A stretch of DNA of 64,000 nucleotides from Candidatus Fonsibacter lacus (GCA_009921245.1 RFXW01000001.1:7-64006), one strand, 5' to 3'; counted from the first letter of the stretch, positions 10,975 through 22,872 are shown. Made by a program: numbers and translations. Notes: generated by a model from the sequence alone, not told the origin.

Positions 10975-12504
10975 TTAAATCGCCTTACGTAAGTTGGCCG
11001 GTGCAATGCGCATGGCCTCACGGTACTTGGCAACGGTGCGCCTGGCGCAGTCAATGCCCTGTTCTTTGAGCATGGCCGACAATTGATTGTCAGACAACGG
11101 CCGCTGCGCCGATTCAGCCGCAATGAACTGCCGAATCAATGCCCGCACCGCGGTGCTGGAGGCGCTGTGCCCGCTTTCGGTGCCCAAGCCTGAGCCAAAG
11201 AAAAACTTCAATTCATAGGTGCCTTGCGGCGTGGCCATGTACTTGCCGCTGGTCACCCGGCTGATGGTGGACTCATGCAGCTCCAGTTGCTCCGCGACCT
11301 CGCGCAGCACCATGGGACGCATGGCCAATTCGCCGTGCTGAAAAAACCCGTGCTGGCGCTGCACAATCGTGGCGCTGACGCGCAAGATGGTGTCAAAGCG
11401 CTGTTGCAGGTTTTTAATAAACCACCTGGCCTCTTGCAAATGCTGGCTCAGGCCCTCGGCTTGCGCTTTGTGTCCCTTCATGGCCGAGGCATAGACGTCG
11501 TGCACGCGCAAGCGCGGCATCACCTGGGGGTTCAGTGACACTTTAAAGTCGTCACCCTCGCGCACCACCAACACGTCGGGCACCACCACCAAACGGTCGG
11601 TTTGGGCAAAGCGCCGCCCGGGCTTGGGCTCGAGTCGAACCACAACCGTCAAGGCTTGGCGCACCAATTCGTCGGGCAGCTCAACCGCACGCGCCAAGCG
11701 TTTCACGTCGCGCTTGGCCAGCAGTTCCATGGGCTCTTGCAACAAACGCCATGCCGCTTGGGTTGCAGGGTTGCTGGGCAAGGCCTGCACCTGGAGTTGC
11801 AGACATTCGGCCAAACTGCGTGCCCCCACCCCCAACGGCTCCATATCATGCAACTCTTCCAGGGCGTCTTGCAGGCTTTGGGCAAAGCGCTGCTCGGCCT
11901 CGATGTCGTCGTCGGCCCAGGCGCGCGCCAACGCGTCGATGTCGTCCTCGAGATAGCCGTCGTCGTTGAGGGACTCGATCAGGGCGTACAGCGCGGCTGC
12001 GGTCTCTGGCGGCAGCCGCAAACCGCGCGCTTGCTGGTGCAGGTGCTCGGCCAAAGACACAGCCTCGGCGGCCAAGTCGGTGGCGCTGGCGGTGTCTTCG
12101 CCGCTTTGTCGTGGCGCGGCCTCCACGCCCCACTCGGTGTCGTCAGGGGCAATCTCCACCGTGCCGTCACCGTCCCAAGGGGTCTCCTCGGCTTGCTCGG
12201 CGTTGGGGCTTTCGGCTTCGGTTGGCACCACCGCCTCAGCCGACTCGGTTGGGATCTTGTCTTGCACCTCGGCCCATTCACTGAGCTGGTCGCCCTGGCT
12301 GACGGGCGTGTCGTCTTGCGCCACGCCAAAGGCTTCACGCAAGGCCTCTTCGTCGTCGCGCTCTAGAAACGGGTTTTCATCGAGCAAGCGCTCGATTTCT
12401 TGTGACAACTCCAGCGTGGACAACTGCAACAGACGTATCGACTGCTGCAGCTGTGGCGTCAGCGCCAGCTGCTGCGAGACACGAAGCGCCAGGCCTTGTT
12501 TCAT
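10975..12504 (-). CDS. rpoN: RNA polymerase sigma-54 factor
   Basis: QQLALTPQLQQSIRLLQL region I, LHESTISR HTH, RpoN box ARRTVAKYRE. Confidence 0.97.
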   Translation of the reverse strand: MKQGLALRVSQQLALTPQLQQSIRLLQLSTLELSQEIERLLDENPFLERDDEEALREAFGVAQDDTPVSQGDQLSEWAEVQDKIPTESAEAVVPTEAESPNAEQAEETPWDGDGTVEIAPDDTEWGVEAAPRQSGEDTASATDLAAEAVSLAEHLHQQARGLRLPPETAAALYALIESLNDDGYLEDDIDALARAWADDDIEAEQRFAQSLQDALEELHDMEPLGVGARSLAECLQLQVQALPSNPATQAAWRLLQEPMELLAKRDVKRLARAVELPDELVRQALTVVVRLEPKPGRRFAQTDRLVVVPDVLVVREGDDFKVSLNPQVMPRLRVHDVYASAMKGHKAQAEGLSQHLQEARWFIKNLQQRFDTILRVSATIVQRQHGFFQHGELAMRPMVLREVAEQLELHESTISRVTSGKYMATPQGTYELKFFFGSGLGTESGHSASSTAVRALIRQFIAAESAQRPLSDNQLSAMLKEQGIDCARRTVAKYREAMRIAPANLRKAI

Positions 12505-12521
12505 GTGCCTTACCCGTGCGC

Positions 12522-13289
12522 TTACATGCGAAAGTGTTCGCCCAAGTACACCCGGCGCACTTCGGCGTTGTCAACGATGTCGGCCGGGCTGCCCTCGGCC
12601 AGCACAGCGCCGTCGCTGATGATGTAGGCGCGGTCGCAGATGCCCAGGGTTTCGCGCACGTTGTGGTCGGTGATCAATACGCCAATGCCGCGGCCTTTAA
12701 GGTATTCAATGATGCGCTGAATTTCGATCACCGCAATGGGATCGATGCCAGCAAAGGGTTCGTCCAGCAAAATAAAGCGCGGCGCCGACGCCAACGTGCG
12801 CGCGATTTCAACGCGACGGCGCTCGCCGCCGGAGAGCGCGGTGGCGGCGGCGTCGCGCAAGTGCGTGATGCGCAACTCCTCGAGCAACTCGTCCAAACGG
12901 TGGGCAATCACGTGGCCGGGCAACGGCTGACCGCGTGGGTCGGTTTGCAGCTCAAGAATCGCACGAATGTTCTCTTGCACATTGAGCTTGCGAAAAATCG
13001 ACGCTTCTTGCGGCAAGTAGCCCAAACCCATGCGCGCCCGCACGTGCATGGGCTGGCTGTGGACCGCGGCGCCATCGAGGTTGATGGCGCCACCGTCGCA
13101 ACGCACCAAGCCCACCAGCATGTAAAACGACGTGGTTTTGCCCGCACCATTGGGGCCCAACAGGCCCACCACTTGACCCTCGGTGACATCCAATGACACG
13201 TCACGCACCACCCGACGCCCGGCATAACTCTTACGCAAATGACGGGCACTTAGCCCCACGCCCGCAACGGGCGTTTGATCAGCCATCAA
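12522..13289 (-). CDS. lptB: LPS export ABC transporter ATPase
   Basis: [43 protein letters not shown]. Confidence 0.96.
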   Translation of the reverse strand: MMADQTPVAGVGLSARHLRKSYAGRRVVRDVSLDVTEGQVVGLLGPNGAGKTTSFYMLVGLVRCDGGAINLDGAAVHSQPMHVRARMGLGYLPQEASIFRKLNVQENIRAILELQTDPRGQPLPGHVIAHRLDELLEELRITHLRDAAATALSGGERRRVEIARTLASAPRFILLDEPFAGIDPIAVIEIQRIIEYLKGRGIGVLITDHNVRETLGICDRAYIISDGAVLAEGSPADIVDNAEVRRVYLGEHFRM

Positions 13290-13864
13290 CGGGCCGGCTC
13301 CGAGGCTTGATCGCGCGGTGTCAGTGTGGCCCTGACGCGGTCTTGCGCGCCACCCTTGACGCTTTGCACTTGAAAGGTGCTGGTTTTGCCGTCGTACACA
13401 ATCAACGGCCCTTTGGCTTCATCGCTGGGCGCACCGGCGCGGATACGGCGCAGCGTGGCCTTGCCGGTTAATATCATTTGGTCGGTGGCCGAGCGGTATT
13501 CAATGCGGTCGGCTTGACCTTCAATCACCTCATCGGTTGTCGCATTTGCAGCATCGTCGGCTTGGCGCACCTGCTTGAAAAACGCTTGTTGCTGAGTGGA
13601 TCCGGTGGCCACCCCAACTTGCTCGCCCTTGTCGTTGTCGCGCACCCGAACTTGGTCGGCGCGTATCACGATGCTGCCTTTGGTGATCACCACCCGCCCG
13701 GTGAAGTGGCTGACGCGGTCTTGTTCTTCGTACCGTAATTTATCGGCTTCCACCTGCATGGGCTGCTCGCTGTCGCCCTTGGCCGCCCACGCCACCGAAC
13801 CGCCGCCAAACACCCAACCGAGCGCGGCAAGAAACAACAGCAGTTGACGGGCGGTTAAAGACAT
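13286..13864 (-). CDS. lptA: LPS transport periplasmic protein LptA
   Basis: Signal peptide, OstA-like beta-jellyroll ([17 protein letters not shown]), upstream of lptB. Confidence 0.88.
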   Translation of the reverse strand: MSLTARQLLLFLAALGWVFGGGSVAWAAKGDSEQPMQVEADKLRYEEQDRVSHFTGRVVITKGSIVIRADQVRVRDNDKGEQVGVATGSTQQQAFFKQVRQADDAANATTDEVIEGQADRIEYRSATDQMILTGKATLRRIRAGAPSDEAKGPLIVYDGKTSTFQVQSVKGGAQDRVRATLTPRDQASEPAR

Positions 13865-13919
13865 GATGACAGGTTGGGCACGAATTTTGCTGCCGATTCT
13901 ATACGCCGCCCGCCCCGGC

Positions 13920-14555
13920 TTACACGCCGCGCAATTGCTTGATCAACTGGTTGGCGATTTGTAAGGTGCGCTCACCTTGACCCGGAACCAAGTAGCGTCC
14001 GCCCACGCCCAGCGCCGGCGTGCCTTCCACCTGATAACTGTTGGTCAATTGCACCGCGCGCGTGGCCTTACCGGCCACACCAAATGAATCGTACAAGTCG
14101 TTGAAGCGTGTCATGTCCACGCCTTGCGCTTGCACCCAGCGTTTGATGGCGGCGTCGCTGAGCAAGCGCTGGCGCTGCTCGTGTATGGCCACAAACACCT
14201 TGGGGTGCAGGGTGTCCAGGGCATCCATGCCCTCAAGGGTGTAGTACAACTTTTGCAAGCCAAGCATGGCCGGAGCAAACTGCACCGGCACACGCTGCAC
14301 CACCACCGAGGAGGGTTGCTGCTTGGCCCAACGCGTTAAGGCCGCCTCCAACCGATAGCAATGGATGCAGGTGTAGGCAAAAAACTCCAACACCAACACC
14401 TGCCCGGGTTCCACCGAGGGCGCCACGGGCTGCGACAACTTAACGTAATCGCTGCCTTCTTGAAAAGGCTGGGCCCAAGCCTGCGCCATGGGCCAGGCGC
14501 AGCCGGCCGCAGCGGCCTGAAGCCAGGTTCTTCGGTTCAATTGAATGGTTTGCAT
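13920..14555 (-). CDS. dsbA: Thiol:disulfide interchange protein DsbA
   Basis: EFFAYTCIHC redox motif, GTP cis-Pro loop; SD AAGGAG before ATG 14555. Confidence 0.88.
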   Translation of the reverse strand: MQTIQLNRRTWLQAAAAGCAWPMAQAWAQPFQEGSDYVKLSQPVAPSVEPGQVLVLEFFAYTCIHCYRLEAALTRWAKQQPSSVVVQRVPVQFAPAMLGLQKLYYTLEGMDALDTLHPKVFVAIHEQRQRLLSDAAIKRWVQAQGVDMTRFNDLYDSFGVAGKATRAVQLTNSYQVEGTPALGVGGRYLVPGQGERTLQIANQLIKQLRGV

Positions 14556-14586
14556 GTTTGACTCCTTGACCAATTCGCCGGGCGCG

Positions 14587-15279
14587 TCAGCGCACCACGG
14601 CCACTGACACCACCGCACCCTCGATGCGCTGTTGCTCGAGCTGATTACGCACCGCGTCGGCATCGGTGCGCGTGCGATACGGGCCGCTGCGCACACGGTA
14701 CAACGTACGCTCGTTGCTCAGCGTGGTGCTCACGCGCGCGTCAATGCCCATCATGGCAACCCGCGCGCGTTGGGCCTCGGCGTCGTCTGCCACGGCAAAC
14801 GCGCCAATCTGCACAAAAAACACCACATTGGCGGGGCGCTCACCCCGCACCGCCGGGGCTTGTTCAGACAAACCAGCGCCCACCGCGTTGGTTGGCGGCA
14901 AAGTGACCACAGGGGCACTGGCTGTGGCGAGCTTTTGTTTGGCCAAATCACCCAATGGGTCGGAGCCCACCGCCGGCGCAACCAAAGCGTCAGCGGTAGG
15001 GGCCGCAGGCGGTGGCGCCGCACTGACCTCGGGTTGGCCGGCGGGCGGCACATTCTGCACCACGCTGGCGTTGGGGTTCCAATCGCTGGTGGCTTGACCA
15101 CTGGCCTGCTCGGTGGCGTCGCCGGTTAAACCACGATCAACAAAAGGCAGCTCAGACCGGGTGACATAAACCGCCACCGCCAACGCCACCGACAGCCCCA
15201 ACAACAGGCCCAAGGTTAAGCCCAACAAGGTGCCGCCGTGTTGGCGGGTGCGGTGTGTTTGAGACCTGGATGTGCTCAT
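14587..15279 (-). CDS. SPOR-domain cell division protein (FtsN-like)
   Basis: N-terminal TM helix, Pro/Ala linker, C-terminal VQIGAF...YRVRSGPY SPOR domain; argS-SPOR-dsbA order. Confidence 0.85.
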   Translation of the reverse strand: MSTSRSQTHRTRQHGGTLLGLTLGLLLGLSVALAVAVYVTRSELPFVDRGLTGDATEQASGQATSDWNPNASVVQNVPPAGQPEVSAAPPPAAPTADALVAPAVGSDPLGDLAKQKLATASAPVVTLPPTNAVGAGLSEQAPAVRGERPANVVFFVQIGAFAVADDAEAQRARVAMMGIDARVSTTLSNERTLYRVRSGPYRTRTDADAVRNQLEQQRIEGAVVSVAVVR

Positions 15280-15286
15280 GTTTTCA

Positions 15287-16972
15287 CTACATCGATTGCG
15301 GCGCGCTGACGCCCAAAATAGTTAACGCGTTGGCCAAGACCTGCGCCACCGCGGCCACCAATGCCACGCGTGCATCGCGGATGGCGGGCTCAGGCACCAA
15401 CACCCGCTCAGCATCGTAATAGCGGTGGTAAGCCGCCGCCAAGTCGCGCACATAAAACGTGATGTCATGCGGCGCCAAATCACGCGCCGCCAAAGCCAGC
15501 GTATCTGGGTAAGCTTCAAGCGCGCGCATCAGGGCCTGCGCCGGCGCGGTGTCCAACGGCTGCAAATCAACCGTTGCCAGCCGTGATCGATCGCCTTGGA
15601 ACTGGCTTTGCCACTGGGTTAACACCGACTGGATGCGCGCGTGCGCGTACTGCACATAAAAAACCGGGTTGTCGTTGTTTTGCGCCAATGCCAAGTCGAT
15701 GTCAAACACGTATTCGGTGTCGGGTTTGCGCGAGAGCAAAAAAAACCGAACCGCGTCGGCGCTGGTCCAGCCAATGAGGTCTCGAAGCGTCACGTAGCTG
15801 CCGGCGCGCTTGGAGATCTTGACTTCTTCGCCACCGCGCACCACCCGCACCATGGTGTGCAACACGTAGCTGGGATAGTCTTTGGTCACACCCTCGTCGG
15901 CCGCCTGCAAGCCCGCGCGCACCCGCGCCACGGTGCCATGGTGGTCGCTGCCTTGAATGTTGATCGCCTGCGTAAACCCCCGCCGCCACTTGGTGAGGTG
16001 GTAGGCAACATCCGGCACGAAGTAGGTGTACTGGCCGTCCGACTTACGCATCACGCGGTCTTTGTCGTCACCAAAATCGGTGCTGCGCAGCCACAGCGCG
16101 CCCTCGCTTTCGTAGGTATGGCCAGCTTGTTGTAGCTTGCTTACCGTTTGCTCAACCAAACCGTCGGCATACAGGCTGGATTCGAGGTAGTAATGGTTGA
16201 AGGCCACGCCAAAAGCGCGCAAATCAAGGTCTTGCTCGTGGCGCAGGTAGGCCACGGCAAAACGCCGAATGCTGTCGAGGTCGTTGACGTCGCCGCTGGC
16301 GGTTTCGCTGCGGTCGTCGGCTTGCACCGTGTGTTGCGCCAAAAACGCCTGCGCGATGTCGGCAATGTACTCGCCGTTGTAGGCGCCCTCGGGCCATTCG
16401 GCGTGCCCCGGGGCCAAACCGCGCGCGCGCGCCTGCACCGACAACGCCAGTTGCTGAATTTGTACCCCGGCGTCGTTGTAATAAAACTCACGCCACACCT
16501 GCCACCCCTGGCTTTGCAGCAGGTTGCACATGGCGTCACCAAGTGCGGCTTGCCGGCCGTGCCCCACGTGCAGCGGGCCGGTGGGGTTGGCCGACACAAA
16601 TTCAACCACCACCCGCTGCCCCTGATCGGGCCTTTGCCCAAAGCCTACCCCTTGCTGCAACACCTCGCGCACCACTTGCTGGCGCGCCGCATGGGTGAGC
16701 GTAAGGTTAAGAAACCCAGGCCCGGCAATGGCAATGTCGTGCACCCAAGGCTGCAAATCGGTTTGGGCCAACAGCGCCTCACGCAGTCGCTCGGCCAGCA
16801 CCCGCGGCGGTTGCTTGAGCTGCCGCGCCAACGCCATGGCCGCGGTGCAGGCGTAATCGCCATGGGCAGCAACCTTGGGCCGCTCAAAGGCGACCAGCTC
16901 GGCCGGGGGGTTGGGACACAACGACTGCAACGCCTGCGCCAGCGCTTGCCGCATGGTCTGTTGGACTGACAT
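15287..16972 (-). CDS. argS: Arginine--tRNA ligase
   Basis: [31 protein letters not shown]. Confidence 0.97.
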   Translation of the reverse strand: MSVQQTMRQALAQALQSLCPNPPAELVAFERPKVAAHGDYACTAAMALARQLKQPPRVLAERLREALLAQTDLQPWVHDIAIAGPGFLNLTLTHAARQQVVREVLQQGVGFGQRPDQGQRVVVEFVSANPTGPLHVGHGRQAALGDAMCNLLQSQGWQVWREFYYNDAGVQIQQLALSVQARARGLAPGHAEWPEGAYNGEYIADIAQAFLAQHTVQADDRSETASGDVNDLDSIRRFAVAYLRHEQDLDLRAFGVAFNHYYLESSLYADGLVEQTVSKLQQAGHTYESEGALWLRSTDFGDDKDRVMRKSDGQYTYFVPDVAYHLTKWRRGFTQAINIQGSDHHGTVARVRAGLQAADEGVTKDYPSYVLHTMVRVVRGGEEVKISKRAGSYVTLRDLIGWTSADAVRFFLLSRKPDTEYVFDIDLALAQNNDNPVFYVQYAHARIQSVLTQWQSQFQGDRSRLATVDLQPLDTAPAQALMRALEAYPDTLALAARDLAPHDITFYVRDLAAAYHRYYDAERVLVPEPAIRDARVALVAAVAQVLANALTILGVSAPQSM

Positions 16973-17057
16973 GGGCGCCAATTGTAGGGTGCCCGCCCGC
17001 CGGCATTTTTATTTTTCCTGTGTATTTATTCATTTCTTGGGGTAATACACTTACGTC

Positions 17058-17780
17058 ATGAACACCGATGCGCTGCCCCCACCCCAAGCCGTGCTGTTTG
17101 ACGCCTACGGCACGCTGTTTGACGTCTACAGCGTGTCGGCGCTGGCCGAGCAGCTGTTTGCCGGGCACGGCCAAGCACTCAGCGTGGCGTGGCGCGACAA
17201 GCAAATTGAATACACGCGCTTGGTCAGCATGAGCCAAACCGCTGACCGCGCAGGCGAGACCCCGTTTTACAAACCGTTTTGGGCTATTACCCGTGACGCG
17301 CTGCGCCATGCCTGCGCGCGCTTGCAGCTGCCGCTGTCGGATGACCACGAAGCGCAGCTTATGAACCAATACCGGGCGCTTTCAGCCTACCCAGAAAATC
17401 ACGCGGTGCTCAGCCAGCTGCGGCAACAAGGCATTCGCACGGGGACATTGTCCAACGGCGACCCCGACATGCTGGCCGATGCGTTGCGCAGCGCCGGTCT
17501 TGACACCCTGCTCGACCCGGTGCTAAGCGCCGACAGCGTGCGCCGATACAAAACCGACCCGGCGGTGTACGACCTTGGCCCACAGGCCTTGGGTTTGCCC
17601 GCGGCCTCGATTTTGTTTGTGAGCAGCAACGCCTGGGACGCGCTTGGCGCCACCTGGTATGGCTACCAAACGCTATGGCTCAACCGCACCAACCAGCCGT
17701 TCGAAACATTGGGCGGCGCACCGCATCACGTCGCCAGTTCACTGCAAGATGTACTGGCGCTTTTTCATCTGCATGGCTAA
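17058..17780 (+). CDS. Haloacid dehalogenase type II (HAD superfamily)
   Basis: FDAYGTLFDV nucleophile motif, WRDKQIEY, LSNG, YKTDP, SSNAWDA. Confidence 0.85.
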   Translation: MNTDALPPPQAVLFDAYGTLFDVYSVSALAEQLFAGHGQALSVAWRDKQIEYTRLVSMSQTADRAGETPFYKPFWAITRDALRHACARLQLPLSDDHEAQLMNQYRALSAYPENHAVLSQLRQQGIRTGTLSNGDPDMLADALRSAGLDTLLDPVLSADSVRRYKTDPAVYDLGPQALGLPAASILFVSSNAWDALGATWYGYQTLWLNRTNQPFETLGGAPHHVASSLQDVLALFHLHG

Positions 17781-17795
17781 GCAAGGAGACCCATC

Positions 17796-19991
17796 ATGAC
17801 GCCCACGACCCGCATCGCCGAACACGGCTTGCAAGTCGCACCCGAGCTACACGGCTTTATTCAGCGCGAGGTGCTGCCTGCGGTGGGCCTGACACCGACG
17901 GTTTTTTGGCAAGGGTTTGCGCGTTTGGTGCACGATTTGGCGCCACGTAACGCCGCCTTGCTGGCCGAGCGCGAACGACTGCAAAGCGCACTTGACCAAT
18001 GGCATGCGCGCCACCCTGGGCCGATTAAAAAGCCCAAGGCGTACCGCGACTACTTGGAGTCGATTGGCTACCTCAAGCCCTACCCCGCAAAGGTTCGCGC
18101 CAACACACGCAACGTGGACGACGAACTGGCACGCCAAGCCGGGCCACAGCTGGTGGTGCCGATATTGAATGCCCGCTACGCTTTAAACGCAGCCAACGCG
18201 CGTTGGGGTTCGCTGTACGACGCCCTATACGGCACCGACGCCATCAGCGAAGCCCACGGCGCCGAACGCGGCCCTGGCTACAACGAGGTACGCGGGGCCA
18301 AGGTCATTGAATACGCCCGCCACGTGTTGGATCGCACCGTGCCGCTCAAGCGCGGATCGCATGTCAACTCAACCGGCTACCGCATCAGCCAAGGCAAGTT
18401 GCACGTTACCTTGGCCGATGGCAGCCAGACCACGTTGGCGCAGGCCAAGCAGCTGGTGGGCTATCAGGGTCAAGCTGAGGCGCCATCGGCAGTACTGCTG
18501 CAGCACCACGGCATTCACCTGGATCTGCGCATCGACCGCCGCACGCCGATTGGCGCCAGCGACCCAGCCGGCGTTTGCGATGTGGTGCTGGAGTCGGCGC
18601 TTTCCACCATCCTTGACTTGGAAGACTCGATTGCCGCGGTCGATGCCGCAGACAAAACCCTGGCCTATCGCAACTGGCTGGGTATTTTGCGTGGCGACCT
18701 CACCGAAGAAGTCAGCAAAGGCGGGCGCAGCTTCACCCGCGGCCTCAACCCCGACCGGGTGTACACCAGCCCCAACGGGCAGCCGGTCACCATGCATGGC
18801 CGCTCGCTGCTGTTTGTGCGCAACGTTGGCCACCTCATGACCAACCCCGCCATTTTGTGGGGCGCACAAGGCGAAGAAATTCCAGAAGGCATCATGGATG
18901 CCATGGTCACCATCACCATTGCCATGGTCGACCTGCTTGGCAAGGGGCAAAACGGCATACGCAACTCGCGCAAGGGTTCGGTGTACATCGTCAAACCCAA
19001 AATGCACGGCCCAGACGAGGTGGCTTTTGCGTGTGAGCTGTTCGAGCGCGTGGAGCAGGTACTCGGCCTGCCCAAGCACACGGTCAAAATTGGCATCATG
19101 GATGAGGAGCGCCGCACCAGCGTGAACCTAAAGTCCTGCATCGCGGCGGCACGCGATCGCGTGGCCTTTATCAACACCGGCTTTCTGGACCGCACCGGCG
19201 ACGAAATGCACACCGCCATGCAAGCCGGAGCCATGATGCGAAAAGGCGACATGAAAAGCAGCGCCTGGATACAAGCCTACGAGCGAAACAACGTGCTGGT
19301 GGGCTTGGCCTGCGGGCTGCGCGGTCGCGCCCAGATTGGCAAGGGCATGTGGGCCATGCCCGACTTAATGGCCGATATGTTGCGCCAAAAAGTGGCGCAT
19401 CCGCTGGCCGGGGCCAACACCGCTTGGGTGCCCAGCCCCACCGCGGCCACCTTGCATGCGCTGCACTACCACCAAATCGACGTGGCCCAAGTGCAGCGCG
19501 AGCTGGAGCAAGTCAGCGACCTCAGCGAACGTGAGTCGCTGCTGGGCGGGCTGCTCACGGTGCCGGTGGTGGCCAAGCCCCAGTGGAAGGCGGCAGACAT
19601 TCAACAAGAGCTGGACAACAACGCGCAAGGTATTTTGGGCTATGTGGTGCGCTGGGTGGATCAAGGCGTGGGCTGCTCCAAGGTGCCCGATATCCACAAC
19701 GTGGGGCTGATGGAGGACCGCGCCACGCTGCGTATCTCAAGCCAACACATCGCCAACTGGCTGCACCACGGGGTGGTGAGCGTTAAACAGGTAAAAGAAA
19801 CCTTTGAGCGCATGGCCGCGGTGGTGGACAAACAAAACGCAGGCGACCCAGCCTACCAGCCCATGGCGGGGCGCTTCAAGCGCTCCAGCGCGTATCAGGC
19901 GGCATGCGACCTGGTGTTTAAGGGCATCGAGCAACCCAGCGGCTACACCGAGCCGCTGCTGCACGCTTGGCGTTTAAAAGTCAAAGGCTAA
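17796..19991 (+). CDS. glcB: Malate synthase G
   Basis: [52 protein letters not shown]. Confidence 0.97.
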   Translation: MTPTTRIAEHGLQVAPELHGFIQREVLPAVGLTPTVFWQGFARLVHDLAPRNAALLAERERLQSALDQWHARHPGPIKKPKAYRDYLESIGYLKPYPAKVRANTRNVDDELARQAGPQLVVPILNARYALNAANARWGSLYDALYGTDAISEAHGAERGPGYNEVRGAKVIEYARHVLDRTVPLKRGSHVNSTGYRISQGKLHVTLADGSQTTLAQAKQLVGYQGQAEAPSAVLLQHHGIHLDLRIDRRTPIGASDPAGVCDVVLESALSTILDLEDSIAAVDAADKTLAYRNWLGILRGDLTEEVSKGGRSFTRGLNPDRVYTSPNGQPVTMHGRSLLFVRNVGHLMTNPAILWGAQGEEIPEGIMDAMVTITIAMVDLLGKGQNGIRNSRKGSVYIVKPKMHGPDEVAFACELFERVEQVLGLPKHTVKIGIMDEERRTSVNLKSCIAAARDRVAFINTGFLDRTGDEMHTAMQAGAMMRKGDMKSSAWIQAYERNNVLVGLACGLRGRAQIGKGMWAMPDLMADMLRQKVAHPLAGANTAWVPSPTAATLHALHYHQIDVAQVQRELEQVSDLSERESLLGGLLTVPVVAKPQWKAADIQQELDNNAQGILGYVVRWVDQGVGCSKVPDIHNVGLMEDRATLRISSQHIANWLHHGVVSVKQVKETFERMAAVVDKQNAGDPAYQPMAGRFKRSSAYQAACDLVFKGIEQPSGYTEPLLHAWRLKVKG

Positions 19992-20015
19992 CGCCCTGTG
20001 TAAGCACAAGCTTGG

Positions 20016-20984
20016 CTAGGTGGCCGCGCAAGCGGTCACCAAAGCGTTAATAAAACACTCAGCCACATCAAAGCCGGTTTGCTCGGTGATTTCACGAAAA
20101 CACGTGGGGCTGGTGACATTGACCTCGGTTAACTTGTCGCCGATCACATCCAGGCCAACCAGCAACAGGCCGCGCGCGGCCAGCGTCGGGCCCAGGGCAC
20201 GCGCAATGGCCAGGTCTTCGGCCGCCAAGGGCTGCGCCACGCCGCGCCCACCGGCGGCCAAGTTGCCACGCACTTCGCCCGCCTGCGGCAACCGCGCCAA
20301 GGCATAAGGCACGGGCTCGCCAGCGATCAACAACACCCGCTTGTCGCCCTGGGCAATCGCGGGTTGGTATTGCTGCACCATCAGTGTTTGCGCGCCGTTG
20401 TGGCCGAGTTGTTCAATGATGCTGCCAAGGTTGAGACCATCGGCCTTGACGCGAAAGATTCCCATCCCCCCCATGCCATCGAGCGGTTTAAGAATAATGT
20501 CTTGATGGACTTGGTGAAACGATCGAATGGCTTGCGCGCTGCGCGTCACCAAGGTTGGCGGCGCCCACCCGGCGAACTCCATTAACGCCAACTTTTCAGA
20601 ATGATCACGTAAGGCTTGTGGCCGGTTAAAGACCTTGGCACCCTCGCGTGTGGCTTGCTCAAGCAGGTGTGTGGCGTACAAAAATTCGGCGTCAAACGGC
20701 GGGTCTTTGCGCATCAACACCGCGTCGTACGCGGTAAGTGCCTCGCGCTGCGCGGGCTGCAAGGTGTACCAAGGCGGCTGGTCTTTGGCGGGGGTGGGGA
20801 CGTCAAGCAGGGTCAGCGCTTGCGTCCAGGCTTGCACCCCTTGTCCGCTTTGCCAATGCACGTGGCGCGGCTGGCACACGTGCAGCGCCATGCCGCGCCG
20901 ACTGGCCTCGCGCATCATGGCGTAGGTGGTGTCTTTGTAGGGCTGAAAACTCTCAACCGGGTCAGCAACAAACAACAATTTCAT
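20016..20984 (-). CDS. gshB: Glutathione synthetase
   Basis: KDTT, MRKDPPFD, KPLDGMGG, RGNLAAGG, EVNVTSPT. Confidence 0.96.
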   Translation of the reverse strand: MKLLFVADPVESFQPYKDTTYAMMREASRRGMALHVCQPRHVHWQSGQGVQAWTQALTLLDVPTPAKDQPPWYTLQPAQREALTAYDAVLMRKDPPFDAEFLYATHLLEQATREGAKVFNRPQALRDHSEKLALMEFAGWAPPTLVTRSAQAIRSFHQVHQDIILKPLDGMGGMGIFRVKADGLNLGSIIEQLGHNGAQTLMVQQYQPAIAQGDKRVLLIAGEPVPYALARLPQAGEVRGNLAAGGRGVAQPLAAEDLAIARALGPTLAARGLLLVGLDVIGDKLTEVNVTSPTCFREITEQTGFDVAECFINALVTACAAT

Positions 20985-20985
20985 G

Positions 20986-22872
20986 TCAAAGCCTTACTTT
21001 GGTACCCATTTCGATCACGGCGTTGTGCGGCAGATGCAAAAAGTCGGCGGCTGCCGCGGCGTTGCGGTGCATCGCCACAAAAAGCTTTTTACGCCAAGCC
21101 GCCATGTTCGTGGCGCCACCCGGCACCAGCGTATCACGTGATAAAAAGTAAGACGTTTGCATGGGGTCTATCACCAACCCAGGCGCCTCAACCAAGACCA
21201 AAGCCTTGGGTAAATCGGGCTCATTTTTAAAACCAAAACGCACCGTGACCTGCCAACACGCGTGGCCCAACGGCTCAACGCTGATGCGTTGCGCCAAGCC
21301 CACCCACGGCACCTCCACATGATGGACCGTAACAAAGAGGTTTTGCGCATGCAACACTTTGTTGTGCTTTAAGTTGTGCAACAACGCATGCGGCACCGAT
21401 TGTGGCGTGGTGTTTAAAAACACCGCCGTACCCGGAACACGTACCGGTGCATCCAACATGACCGAGGCCAAAAAAGGCTGCAGCGCCAAAGCCTGGCCAT
21501 CCAAGGCCTGCCTCATCGCTCGTCGCCCGGCACGCCAAGTGAACATGACAAGCGAGAGTGTGAAGCCAATCAGCAACGGAAACCAGCCACCGTCTACCAT
21601 CTTGGTTAGGTTGGCGCCCAAAAACAACGCGTCCACCACCAAAAAACAGCCGGTGGCCAAGGCTGCCAGCAGCCACCCATGGCCCCACGCGTAACGCACC
21701 ACAAAAAACGTCAGCAACGTGGTGACCAGCATGTCAATCGTAACCGCCACACCATACGCGGAGGCCAACTGACTGCTGCTTTGAAACACCAACACCGCCA
21801 CCACAATCACCACAAACAATGTCCAATTCACCAGCGGCAGGTAGACCTGCCCGGCGTCACGGGCGCTGGTGTGCAACACCCGCATGCGCGGCAAATAGCC
21901 CAGCTGAATCAACTGCCGCGTCACACTGAAAGCGCCGGATATCAAGGCTTGCGAGGCGATCACCGTGGCCAAGGTGGCCAAAGCCACCAAAGGCCAGGCA
22001 AACCAGTCGGGCGCCATGGAGAAAAACGGATTGGTCACCGCCTCTGGCCGACGCAACAGCAACGCGCCCTGACCCAAGTAATTGATCACCAGCGCGGGCA
22101 TGACCAGGCCAAACCACATCCAGCGAATCGGGCGTTTACCGAAGTGCCCCATATCGGCGTACAAGGCTTCTGCACCGGTGACACACAGCACCACCGCGGC
22201 CAGCAACAAAAAGCTCGACAGCGGTGCCTCTTGCACCAAAGCCCAGGCGTGATGCGGCGACAACGCCCACAGCACATCGGGGTTGGCCGCGATTTCTCGC
22301 AAGCCCAGCCATGCCAAGGTGCAAAACCACAGGCCTGTGAGCGGGGCAAACGCACGCCCCACCCCTTGGGTGCCGCGTCGCTGAAACGCAAACAAAGCGA
22401 ACAAGATGGCAACGGTGGCGGGCAATACCGCCGCATGCCACGAGGGCGCCAACAGCGCCACCCCCTCAACGGCAGACAGCACCGAAATGGCCGGCGTGAT
22501 CACGCCATCGCCATAAAACAACGCCGCCCCCATGATGCCTAGGGCAAACAACACCTTGGATAAAGTGGGGCGGTGCGCCACCGCCGAAGCCGCCAACGCG
22601 AGCATGGCCACCAAGCCACCTTCGCCTTGGTTATCGGCGCGTAGCACCAAGGTGACGTATTTAAGCGAAACAATGAAGGTGATGGACCAGATCAGCAGCG
22701 ACAAAATGCCGTACACATGATCGGGGGTGTAAACAATCCAGCCCGAGGCAAACACCTCTTTGACGGCGTACAACACGCTGGTACCGATGTCGCCAAACAC
22801 CACGCCCAAGGCGCCAAACGACAACGCCACAACCGAGGACTGTGGGCCACGTGCGTGGCCGTTCATACGCAC
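20986..22872 (-). CDS. kup: Kup/HAK K+ uptake transporter
   Basis: GVVFGDIGTS, GEGG, TGAEALYADMGHF, IASQALISG, HNLKHNKVLH. Confidence 0.95.
   Translation of the reverse strand: MRMNGHARGPQSSVVALSFGALGVVFGDIGTSVLYAVKEVFASGWIVYTPDHVYGILSLLIWSITFIVSLKYVTLVLRADNQGEGGLVAMLALAASAVAHRPTLSKVLFALGIMGAALFYGDGVITPAISVLSAVEGVALLAPSWHAAVLPATVAILFALFAFQRRGTQGVGRAFAPLTGLWFCTLAWLGLREIAANPDVLWALSPHHAWALVQEAPLSSFLLLAAVVLCVTGAEALYADMGHFGKRPIRWMWFGLVMPALVINYLGQGALLLRRPEAVTNPFFSMAPDWFAWPLVALATLATVIASQALISGAFSVTRQLIQLGYLPRMRVLHTSARDAGQVYLPLVNWTLFVVIVVAVLVFQSSSQLASAYGVAVTIDMLVTTLLTFFVVRYAWGHGWLLAALATGCFLVVDALFLGANLTKMVDGGWFPLLIGFTLSLVMFTWRAGRRAMRQALDGQALALQPFLASVMLDAPVRVPGTAVFLNTTPQSVPHALLHNLKHNKVLHAQNLFVTVHHVEVPWVGLAQRISVEPLGHACWQVTVRFGFKNEPDLPKALVLVEAPGLVIDPMQTSYFLSRDTLVPGGATNMAAWRKKLFVAMHRNAAAAADFLHLPHNAVIEMGTKVRL

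Noticed and set aside
17018-17033. CTGT-N8-TCAT resembling a LexA box
   Set aside because: Two mismatches in the right half-site (ACAG expected), and the flanking genes are not SOS genes
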